This document shows, one piece after another, positions 9,601-17,307 of a stretch of DNA of 64,000 bases. The DNA lies in contig JACRIW010000016.1 in the NCBI GenBank assembly GCA_016215625.1, forward strand, positions 6,025 through 70,024, written 5' to 3'. The position numbers were made by a program, and so were the translations under genes. This DNA comes from Candidatus Eiseniibacteriota bacterium (GTDB lineage: Bacteria > Eisenbacteria > RBG-16-71-46). Under the pieces are notes generated by a model. It was not told the origin of the DNA. It saw only the letters and a program-made list of their open reading frames with translations, and ran no database searches. The number at the start of each line of letters is the position of its first letter. Position 1 is the first letter of the stretch.

Positions 9601-10102
9601 AACGCTCGGCGTCGGGAACCCACGGATCAAGCGGCCCGTCGGCGAGCGACACGGCCGGCGAAGTGGCTTCGAACGGCCGACGCAGCCAGACCGTCTTGGG
9701 CTTGCCGGTGGGAGTCTCGATCGATGAGCTGGGGCCCTTCTCGTAGCGCCCCCACCGCGCCGTGAACTTCAGTTCCGAGCAGGAGCGGTCCACCGCGAAC
9801 GTGAGCCCGAACGACTGCGGCAGCACCGTGACGCGCGAAGCGCTACCGGCGTCCGAAGGCCCTTGCGCGTCTTCGTCTTCTGCCGCGCCCTCCAGGTCTT
9901 CGTCCTTCTCGGGCGCCAGCACTTCGTCGCGTGGCGCCAGCGTGCCGACGATGTAACGCTCGCCGGGGCGCTGTTCGAGCTCTTCGTCGGGGCCGCCGAG
10001 CGGTCCGACGAGATCGGCGCGCACGAGCCGAGCGATGTCGTCACGAATCTCGCGGGGCTCGGGGGCCGCGAGTGCGGGCGTGGGATCGGGGGGCGTGGTC
10101 AA
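6602..10102 (-). CDS. drmA: DISARM DrmA, large DExH-box helicase-domain protein
   Basis: Motif I is [21 protein letters not shown], motif II is [16 protein letters not shown] and motif VI is [16 protein letters not shown]. The N-terminus is RYIVGTLAP. The gene is 1166 aa. The annotated start appears to be a non-ATG codon (TTG) overlapping the upstream nucleotidyltransferase stop, so the exact start is uncertain. Confidence 0.8.
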   Translation of the reverse strand: [1166 protein letters not shown]

Positions 10103-10920
10103 TCGGTGGCCCTCATGAGTTGGAGCAGCGCCTGCATGAGCTGCCAGCTTGCTTCTCGCGCCGCCTCGGGATCATCCGTTTCGGCCAGGGCCTGCGCCAC
10201 CAGCGTCGGTCCCTCGCCGTGAGCAGTAGCAAACAACCCCGAAAGGTAGGCCAGAGCGCGCCGCGTGGCGTCGCCTGTCACGGGATGATCGAGGAGAACG
10301 CGCAGTCGCGCAGCCAGCGGTTCGGGTCCCACGGCCATCAACAACCGAAACACGTCGAGCGCATCCTTGGGCTCGACTCGCGATGGTCCCTGCGTCACGC
10401 GCTCCCCGAGCTTGTGGGCCTTGGCCACGAGCAGCGCTGCCGGTCCTGCCACGCGAACTTCGAACGCACGGCCGTCCGCCGGGTCGAGCGCCGACAGGCG
10501 CAACGTGACCACGTCCACGATGCAGGCTTCGATGCCGGAGGCCTGTCTCGCCGCGTTCGTCGCGTGCGGCGGCATGCGCGCGCCCCGCCTGCCCGGAGCG
10601 CCGCCGAGCGTAGCCGGCACCATCAGATCGACGTGCGTATCGTGTGGACCGCGCCAGTTGCCGGGGTTCGGACCGAGCACGAAGCCTGCGGCGAGCATAC
10701 ATTGTTCGATTCGCGGGTCGTTGCCGATCGAACGGGGATCGAGCGCCAGATCGGCGTCCTCGGTGAACGGCGTGACCTGCAACTCGCCTTCGCCCGTGTG
10801 CAGGTACACGGCCTGCGCACCGATGAGCACTGTGTTCTCGCGGTGCGGCCCAAGCGCCTCGTAGGCATCCAGCAGCACGGCTCGCGCGATCACGTACCTC
10901 GGGTCAGCTGCGCCAGGCAT
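10099..10920 (-). CDS. Nucleotidyltransferase-fold protein, putative toxin partner of an AbiEii/GSU2403-like two-gene module
   Basis: An ATG start is used. The pattern IGAQAVYLHTGEGEL...TEDADLALD resembles a minimal nucleotidyltransferase G[SX]-x(n)-DxD. Its 5' end overlaps the upstream HTH gene by 17 bp and its stop overlaps the drmA start. Confidence 0.5.
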   Translation of the reverse strand: MPGAADPRYVIARAVLLDAYEALGPHRENTVLIGAQAVYLHTGEGELQVTPFTEDADLALDPRSIGNDPRIEQCMLAAGFVLGPNPGNWRGPHDTHVDLMVPATLGGAPGRRGARMPPHATNAARQASGIEACIVDVVTLRLSALDPADGRAFEVRVAGPAALLVAKAHKLGERVTQGPSRVEPKDALDVFRLLMAVGPEPLAARLRVLLDHPVTGDATRRALAYLSGLFATAHGEGPTLVAQALAETDDPEAAREASWQLMQALLQLMRATD

Positions 10921-12040
10921 CTTCGTTCTCTCCCATCCACTCGATCAGGGCTTCTGCCAGGCGCGGGTTGCGATCGCCGCTCGTCAGCAGGTCTGCCGCC
11001 GCCTGGCTGGGCGCCACATACCACAGGCCCTCTTCTTCCCACCTGCCCTGATAGACGGCCTCGTCACCCGGTTCCGCCAGCAGCACATTGGCTACCGCGG
11101 CCGAGGCCCCAAGTTCGAGTTCGCGCGCCAGCGCCGGAACATCGTCGGTGTACATCATCGCCAGTCGCGACGTGGCCAGCGTTCGCCGGCGTTCGGCCAC
11201 GAAGGGCCCGGTAATCGCGTATCGGCGTTGCGTCGCGCGTAGTTTTTCGAACATCGGGCCGAAGCCTCGCAGCGCGAGATACCGTTCGACACGGTTCGAG
11301 CGGGTGAACTGATACTCCTGCGCCCAGCGTTGGAGCAGCGCACGCCAATCGAGCTTGAGAATCGGGCCGTTCGAGTCCTTGTCCACGATGGCATCGCGCT
11401 GCAGCAGTGCGACGACGCGCGACACCATGGCGGGCGAAGTCACCGCCTGCCGCGCAAGTTCACGAATACCGTAGGGCGGCTTGCGGTCCAGCAATGCGCG
11501 CACGATTCGACCTGCCACCGGTCCGCGGAGCGACTGTAACGGCCGCGCCTCGGGTGCCGGGTCGCGCTCGCTGCCCGTGAGCTTGAGGAACAACGCCGGG
11601 CGCTCGCTGGCGATTCGAACGTTGCCGGTGGAGTCGGCGTAGTTCCATCCGGACTCGGTGAGCAGGTCGCGGCTGCGTGGCGAGAAGTAGCGGCTGACGA
11701 TCATGCGCGCCGGCGGTGCCTCGGAGCGCTCACTCACCCGGGCGATCGACTTCGTCGCGCGCTCGAACGCGAGCAGGATGCGCATGGCGTCACGAGGCTC
11801 GAAACGTTCGCGCACTTCGATCGCCAGCGTGACGCGATCGTCGCCCGCGATGATGTCGGCCCAGGCGTCCACCACGCCGTCCGATTCGAAGTCCATGATC
11901 TCGCGTGTGGCGTATGCGCCGCGGCCGGACTCGCTCGCGAGGCGCGGGCCTTCGAGCCGCCACGCCTTCGGGAGTTGGGCGGCAAGGCGGCGGAACACTT
12001 CGTCCAAGAGGACTGTTTCAGGAAATCGCTTGTTTCTCAT
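10904..12040 (-). CDS. Winged-HTH transcriptional regulator, AbiEi-like putative antitoxin/regulator
   Basis: The central wHTH-like segment is RIVRALLDRKPPYGIRELARQAVTSPAMVSRVVALLQRDAIVD. The ATG (M21) at 12040 is chosen over the TTG at 12100. It is immediately upstream of, and overlapping, the nucleotidyltransferase gene. Its 5' region is palindrome-rich. Confidence 0.5.
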   Translation of the reverse strand: MRNKRFPETVLLDEVFRRLAAQLPKAWRLEGPRLASESGRGAYATREIMDFESDGVVDAWADIIAGDDRVTLAIEVRERFEPRDAMRILLAFERATKSIARVSERSEAPPARMIVSRYFSPRSRDLLTESGWNYADSTGNVRIASERPALFLKLTGSERDPAPEARPLQSLRGPVAGRIVRALLDRKPPYGIRELARQAVTSPAMVSRVVALLQRDAIVDKDSNGPILKLDWRALLQRWAQEYQFTRSNRVERYLALRGFGPMFEKLRATQRRYAITGPFVAERRRTLATSRLAMMYTDDVPALARELELGASAAVANVLLAEPGDEAVYQGRWEEEGLWYVAPSQAAADLLTSGDRNPRLAEALIEWMGENEDAWRS

Positions 12041-12269
12041 GGCGTGCAACAGGCTATTGCATGCAACAGCGGGGAGGCAACGGGGAAGTTGGATTGCCAA
12101 GACTTGGCGTCAACATGTTGCTGCGCAACACATGTTGCATGAATCGGCCAGTTGCGCGCTGTGCGTAACAGCGTTCTTCGCGCAACAGACGACGGCGAAT
12201 CCGGACAACGGCTGGGTCCGATGCGCCTGTCTGCGAAACGCCAGCCGAAGCCGCCCACAACGCCAGCCC
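12041..12269 (-). promoter_or_regulatory. Putative promoter/operator region with an array of GCAACA/TGTTGC inverted repeats
   Basis: There are perfect palindromes TTGCATGCAA (~12057-12066) and CAACATGTTG (~12111-12120). A near-palindrome GCAACACATGTTGC is at ~12125-12138. A direct repeat TGCAACAG occurs twice, and AGTTGCGCGC...GCGCGCAACAG flank about 20 bp. GCAACAG-like half-sites occur at least six times in 230 bp. Confidence 0.4.
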
Positions 12270-13256
12270 TCAAGGCCGAAGCGCTTTCACCCCGCCCCAT
12301 GTGTTTCGCCGCGCCGCGGTCGGGGCCACGCCGAATACCTGGATGCGATGGTTCCAGCGATCTGCGACGTAGACGTTGCCGTCGTCGCCCACTGCGACGC
12401 CCGTCGGCGAGGAGAACTGGCCGGCCGCAGCGCCGTGCGTACCCCAAGCGCACAGGAACGCGCCGTCACCCGTGAACTTCTGGACGCGATGATTGAGCGC
12501 ATCCGCGACGTACACATTGCCCAGCAGGTCCACGGCGACGCCGTGCGGAATATTGAACTGGCCCTCTGCGGTTCCCGCGCTGCCCCACTGCGTGATGAAC
12601 ACGCCGGACGACGAGAACTTCTGCACGCGGTTGCCATTCCTCTCGGCCACGAAAACGTTGCCCGATCGATCGACGGCGATGCCGTAGGGAGCGGCAAACT
12701 GTCCTGGGCCGGTACCCGAACCGCCCCACACCGCCAGCAACAGGCCGTCGGGGTCGAACTTCTGAAGGCGGTCGTTGCCCTCTTCCGTCACGTAGACGGC
12801 ACCCGTTTGATCAATGGCCAAGAATGCGGGGTAGCTGAACTGGCCCGGCGCTGTGCCGTAACTTCCCCACATCTGCTTGAGCGCGCCGTCGGGACCAAAG
12901 CGCTGAAGGCGATGGTTCTGCCACTCGACGACATAGACGTCGCCGTTCGGACCCACGCCGATTCCAGCAGGCGTGTAGAACTGCCCGGGCGCCCCACCCT
13001 GCGAGCCCCACATCGATTCGAAGGTGCCGTCGAGCGCGAACAGGCTCACCCGATGTCCCCACTCCTCGGAGACGAACATCGAGCCGTGGCCGTCGAGCGC
13101 CATCGCGATAGGCTCGATCATCTGGCCGGGCGATGTTCCGTAGCAGCCCCATGCGCTCAGAAAGGCGGGGGGCGCCTCCGAGGCTGCAAGCGGAGTCACT
13201 GCGATCAAGAAGACCGCTGCGCACATGATCAACTCGAACAAACGTCTGCTCGCCAT
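12270..13256 (-). CDS. NHL-repeat (six-bladed beta-propeller) secreted protein
   Basis: The M188 start of ORF 12270..13817 gives the signal peptide MASRRLFELIMCAAVFLIAVTPLAASEA, with GGGAG upstream. There are about six repeats of the ...GxxPGQFxxPxGIAVDxxGNVYVAD..NHRVQKF type typical of NHL repeats. Confidence 0.7.
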   Translation of the reverse strand: MASRRLFELIMCAAVFLIAVTPLAASEAPPAFLSAWGCYGTSPGQMIEPIAMALDGHGSMFVSEEWGHRVSLFALDGTFESMWGSQGGAPGQFYTPAGIGVGPNGDVYVVEWQNHRLQRFGPDGALKQMWGSYGTAPGQFSYPAFLAIDQTGAVYVTEEGNDRLQKFDPDGLLLAVWGGSGTGPGQFAAPYGIAVDRSGNVFVAERNGNRVQKFSSSGVFITQWGSAGTAEGQFNIPHGVAVDLLGNVYVADALNHRVQKFTGDGAFLCAWGTHGAAAGQFSSPTGVAVGDDGNVYVADRWNHRIQVFGVAPTAARRNTWGGVKALRP

Positions 13257-13325
13257 CGAAGAAACTCCCTCTGCTAGGCTGCAGCCCTCATCGTCGGCGT
13301 GCCGAAGCTCACGCATGGAGATCTC

Positions 13326-13481
13326 ATGACACAGCTCAAACCCGGCACTCGCGTCGTGCGCCTCGAAACCGGCGAGCAGGGAACAGTCGAGGAGCAGTTC
13401 ATCGACGGCTATGTGGCGCTGACCTTCGATGACGGTCGGCCCGCGGAGCTCTCCGCGTCGAGCCTGCGCCCCATCGGGTAG
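13326..13481 (+). CDS. Possible small protein (51 aa), hypothetical
   Basis: MTQLKPGTRVVRLETGEQGTVEEQFIDGYVALTFDDGRPAELSASSLRPIG has a non-GC-shadow-like composition, with GGAG 5 nt upstream of the ATG. It lies in a 577-bp gap between two minus-strand genes. Confidence 0.3.
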   Translation: MTQLKPGTRVVRLETGEQGTVEEQFIDGYVALTFDDGRPAELSASSLRPIG

Positions 13482-13833
13482 ATCACGGCAGCGTTCGAGG
13501 TTGCTCGCGTTGTTGACGGCCCACTCTCTCGGGCGGGCCGTCACAGCGAGGCAACTGGCTCGGGGGGAGTCGCGATGGCGACTCAACCAATCGCGACGGC
13601 AAGATAGCAGCGAGCTCTTCGGAGTCAATCTCGACGTGGCTCTCGGGCTCGCTGTCCTCGACGCACGTGCTCGACTGCTGAGTGTGGCGTGATCGGACCT
13701 CCGCGACGGCGACCTCCAGGCGTCAGGCTCTCGCCTCCTCAAGTAATCCAAGGCCGTCGCGTGCACACCGGGGCCGCGGAAATCGCGGGTGCAAAGGTGG
13801 TCGGGTTCTTGCCGCACTCAGGCGGTGTGGCCA

Positions 13834-16800
13834 TCAGTCTTGGAGGCCGTCCCCATCGAGCAACCCCTCATACCCGCTGTAGCCTCGCTCAGAGAACTGG
13901 TTCACAACTTCGCGAGCCGTTTCGCGCAGGTTCCCACCCTGCGCGACCGCGAGCCGGATGATCTTGGTCGCCGGCTCAGTCCAGTTGTGCAGCCCCAGCG
14001 GCATGAGCGGGCGCGAAGCGGCCAGCAGCAGAAGTTCGAGCGCGCTGGCGAGGTCGGTGTCCGCGATCTTCCCGGTGCGCTCGGGAAGCCAAAGATCGGC
14101 AGCGACGCCGGGACTCGCGCGCAAAGCCAGCTTCGCCATCTCGGCGACCCATGCATCCGGAAACGCCGAGGCACGGCAGAGGGGTTCCCAGTTCGACAAC
14201 TCGGCGCTCTCCGCGGTCGAGCTGGAAGCCGCAGCGATCCGAACCCGCCGCTCCACGACGGCCATGATGCGCTCGAGCGGTTTCGCTCCGATCTCGGGAT
14301 TGCCCTCGACGTGCCAGCCCGCCTGACCAAGAAAGTGTGAGCGCAGCTCGGGGCTCGCGTGCTCGAAGAACGCTTCCAGCAGTTCGTCGAACCCCGGCAT
14401 GACTTCGGCACAGTAGGCATTCAAGAGCAGTACGTGCACCGCGAGCGCCTGTCCCAGGTCGTTGGTTCGCTCGTTGGCTGACTCTGAGCCGAGGCCGCGA
14501 CATGCTCCGAGATAGCTCTCGTAAAGCATTGGCACGACTCCGAGGTGAACCTGTCCGAACAGCAGGTACACCTCCCAGGCATCGCCAAGTCCCCCGAACA
14601 TCCGATCCACCGACGCGCGCAACCACTCACGATCAAGATAGAGCAGGTTGGGCAAATAGTGGGCGAGAACACTCGGGATGGCTCCGCACGGCTCACGCCC
14701 GACGTCAAGCTTTTCGTCGAACAGTGCGCGCACTTCAGGCACTTCCTCGAACCAGCTGTTCGGCGTTCGCCCTTCGGACTTGAGCATTCGCGCAACCCAG
14801 AGCGCGTACTCCACCGCCGCATGCATCGCGACTCCGCGAACGGAATTCAGGGCAATCACCTCGGGCTCGGCCAAGCGGCCACGGAGGCGCTCATGCTCCA
14901 TCGGCTCAGGATCAGCATCGTGAGCAAGCCGTTCGATCACACCCCACACACGGGCGCGGTGCTCGAGCCGTAGCCCCAACTGCCCGCGCAATGCGCGCTG
15001 AAGGAGCGTTGCCATCGCTCGAAGCACTTCGCTGTGTCTTGAGAGCGCCGCGCCTGGTTCCGACGGTGCGGTAGGAGCCGCGATGCCCACGATGTGCTCG
15101 CACAACTCCAGAATGACGAGCCAATCCAGCGTCGTCTCGCCGCCGTGCTCGTCGGCAAGCCCTTCGAACAGGGCACGCACATACGCCAGGTCGAGCCCAC
15201 GCTGGAACTCGAGCGCAGCCCCGGACCACTCTTCGCGCCGTGCCTTGATCACCTCGACAAGCTCTCGCGCCAGCCCCTCCGGCGAAGGCGTCATCATCTC
15301 CGCCGCCGGGATCCACGCGCGGAGGTAGCTGATCACTTCTTTCGGGGACATCGCGCGAAGCTCATCGCTCGCCAACGGGCTCGTCGGACCAACCCAGCTG
15401 AAGCGGCGGAAGCCCCGTGGGGCCCGCTCGGCCGACCTCGTGCGACTCAGCGACTCGTAGAGGTCGCGTGCCTCGCCGCTAATCGAGCCGGCAATCGGCT
15501 TCAGCCAGTAGTACTGCCACGTCTCCTTCTGCTCCGTACGCTGCGCTTCGCGGTCAGCCATCGCTTGGTCCGTGACATCGTCATCCTGCTGGCTCGGTCC
15601 CGCCAAGATCCAGGCAAGAATCATTTCCTGATCGGCCTGTGCGAGGTACTCCCACGCTTCGGAGAGCAGGAGCCGGTATTCGATTCGGGCAAGTGGGTCG
15701 TCGAAGATCGCTCGATCAATCAGCCGGTCGAGCGCAGGCCGCGAACTCGGATCAATCTCCGCCAGCAGGAACAGCTGAAGTCGACGGAAGATCGCCTGTG
15801 GGGGTACGGCAAGGTGACCAAGGAAGTCACCAAGATCCTCGGGGTGACTCTCGAGGTGCCTTCGTGCCACTCGCACGACGGCAGCGACGAGCGCCTCCGC
15901 GATGCCGTCGGAAAAGTCCTCTTCCGCACCGAGATCATCGGCCCACATCCACGAGTAGTCGTCATACCCGGCGCCATGTTCGGCGTGGACAACCGCCCGG
16001 AGCTGGCGAACAAGAGTCTGGTGGAGTTCCAGACCGCACGTGGGTAGCAGTGCCGCCTCGCACTGCTTGAGGATCATTTCGTACGCGTGGGGATTCAGCC
16101 GCGGATTAACCCTGCGGAAGTGATCGGCACCTCCGCTGCTCGGCTCATTGCAACTGAGCATCAGACTCAACAGACGCAAAGCCGCCCGATGCTGGCCGCC
16201 AGTCGCGAGGCGAACGCACAGGTCACCGAGCTGGAATGGAACTCGAAGTGAGACTCCGCGCTGCAACCAACGGCCGAATCTCGTTACGAGCCTCGCAGCC
16301 ACGTCTGGTGGCATAGCGACCGCTGCCGCGACGAGGTCGATCTGAATCAGTGCGTTCCGAATGTCGCCACCTCGTCGCAAGATGAACTCGGCAATTTCAT
16401 TCGGGCAACTCGCCGCGATTCGAGCCATGTACTGCGACTGAGGCCAGGGCGGAAAGCTGATGATGTCGCCCTCGACGACCGGCTCGTAAGGTGATTCGAA
16501 GTACCCCTGAGCGTTTAGAAAGCTGAACCACTGCGCACCAGCGTACTCGACGAGAAAACGTCGAAATGCTTCGGGCTTTGAAATGAGCGCTTGGATGCTC
16601 TCGGAGGCACCGGGTGAACTCGGATCCTGTCGCCCAAGCACTTGAAGTTCGGGAAGTACCGTGAGGATCGGGCCGTGGATCGAGTGCAGAATCCCGAGCA
16701 AACGGCTCCACTTCGTTTCAAATTCCGGCCGCTGGTCCTCAAGCCGGGCCAGCCCCTTCCTGTAGTGACACCGACCCACGAACCATTTCTGAAGTCTGTT

Positions 16801-17259
16801 CCACAACGCGGCGGTGGGAGGAAGATTTCTCGCGTGCAAGCCGGTTGGGTCGTTCAGTGCGAGTGCGCGAAGCAGCATCTTCGCAAGAGCGTCCTCGTCG
16901 CCCCCCGAGCACACGCCATGATCGGGGTCGTCGGCCGGCATCTCCTCGCCCGAGTCGCGCCGGGCCGGGTCGGCATCGGCAGCTGCCGAGGGATCGGTTG
17001 TTGCGGCGTCTCGATCGCTCTCGACTACCACCCCGGGAGCAGCCCGACCTGGAGTGTCTCGCCTTCTGCGTCGCGGCGGCTCAACTCCTCGAGCCTCGGG
17101 ATAGATCAAGTTGAACTCACGAATCGCATGAGCCGCGAGCTTCAAATTCAGCGGGCCCGGGCGATCTTTGCACTCCTTGGCGGCCGCGAGATGCGCGGCG
17201 AGATCGGCATCGATCAGGCTAATCTGAGCCAGGAGCCGATCGAACTCTTCATTCGTCAT
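13834..17259 (-). CDS. Large (~1141 aa) all-alpha-helical protein of unknown function, located about 50 bp downstream of drmMI; candidate accessory DISARM component
   Basis: There are no recognisable catalytic motifs. The sequence is long, Leu/Ala/Glu-rich and helical (HEAT/ARM-like character). The ATG at 17259 has GAGGTG just upstream; alternative starts are the ATG at 17286 and the TTG at 17298. It is on the same strand as, and 48-9 bp downstream of, the drmMI stop (17308). Confidence 0.55.
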   Translation of the reverse strand: MTNEEFDRLLAQISLIDADLAAHLAAAKECKDRPGPLNLKLAAHAIREFNLIYPEARGVEPPRRRRRDTPGRAAPGVVVESDRDAATTDPSAAADADPARRDSGEEMPADDPDHGVCSGGDEDALAKMLLRALALNDPTGLHARNLPPTAALWNRLQKWFVGRCHYRKGLARLEDQRPEFETKWSRLLGILHSIHGPILTVLPELQVLGRQDPSSPGASESIQALISKPEAFRRFLVEYAGAQWFSFLNAQGYFESPYEPVVEGDIISFPPWPQSQYMARIAASCPNEIAEFILRRGGDIRNALIQIDLVAAAVAMPPDVAARLVTRFGRWLQRGVSLRVPFQLGDLCVRLATGGQHRAALRLLSLMLSCNEPSSGGADHFRRVNPRLNPHAYEMILKQCEAALLPTCGLELHQTLVRQLRAVVHAEHGAGYDDYSWMWADDLGAEEDFSDGIAEALVAAVVRVARRHLESHPEDLGDFLGHLAVPPQAIFRRLQLFLLAEIDPSSRPALDRLIDRAIFDDPLARIEYRLLLSEAWEYLAQADQEMILAWILAGPSQQDDDVTDQAMADREAQRTEQKETWQYYWLKPIAGSISGEARDLYESLSRTRSAERAPRGFRRFSWVGPTSPLASDELRAMSPKEVISYLRAWIPAAEMMTPSPEGLARELVEVIKARREEWSGAALEFQRGLDLAYVRALFEGLADEHGGETTLDWLVILELCEHIVGIAAPTAPSEPGAALSRHSEVLRAMATLLQRALRGQLGLRLEHRARVWGVIERLAHDADPEPMEHERLRGRLAEPEVIALNSVRGVAMHAAVEYALWVARMLKSEGRTPNSWFEEVPEVRALFDEKLDVGREPCGAIPSVLAHYLPNLLYLDREWLRASVDRMFGGLGDAWEVYLLFGQVHLGVVPMLYESYLGACRGLGSESANERTNDLGQALAVHVLLLNAYCAEVMPGFDELLEAFFEHASPELRSHFLGQAGWHVEGNPEIGAKPLERIMAVVERRVRIAAASSSTAESAELSNWEPLCRASAFPDAWVAEMAKLALRASPGVAADLWLPERTGKIADTDLASALELLLLAASRPLMPLGLHNWTEPATKIIRLAVAQGGNLRETAREVVNQFSERGYSGYEGLLDGDGLQD

Positions 17260-17307
17260 GTGCACCTCGGCCCAGGGGCTCGCCATCGCATCGCACAATC
17301 TCAGGTC

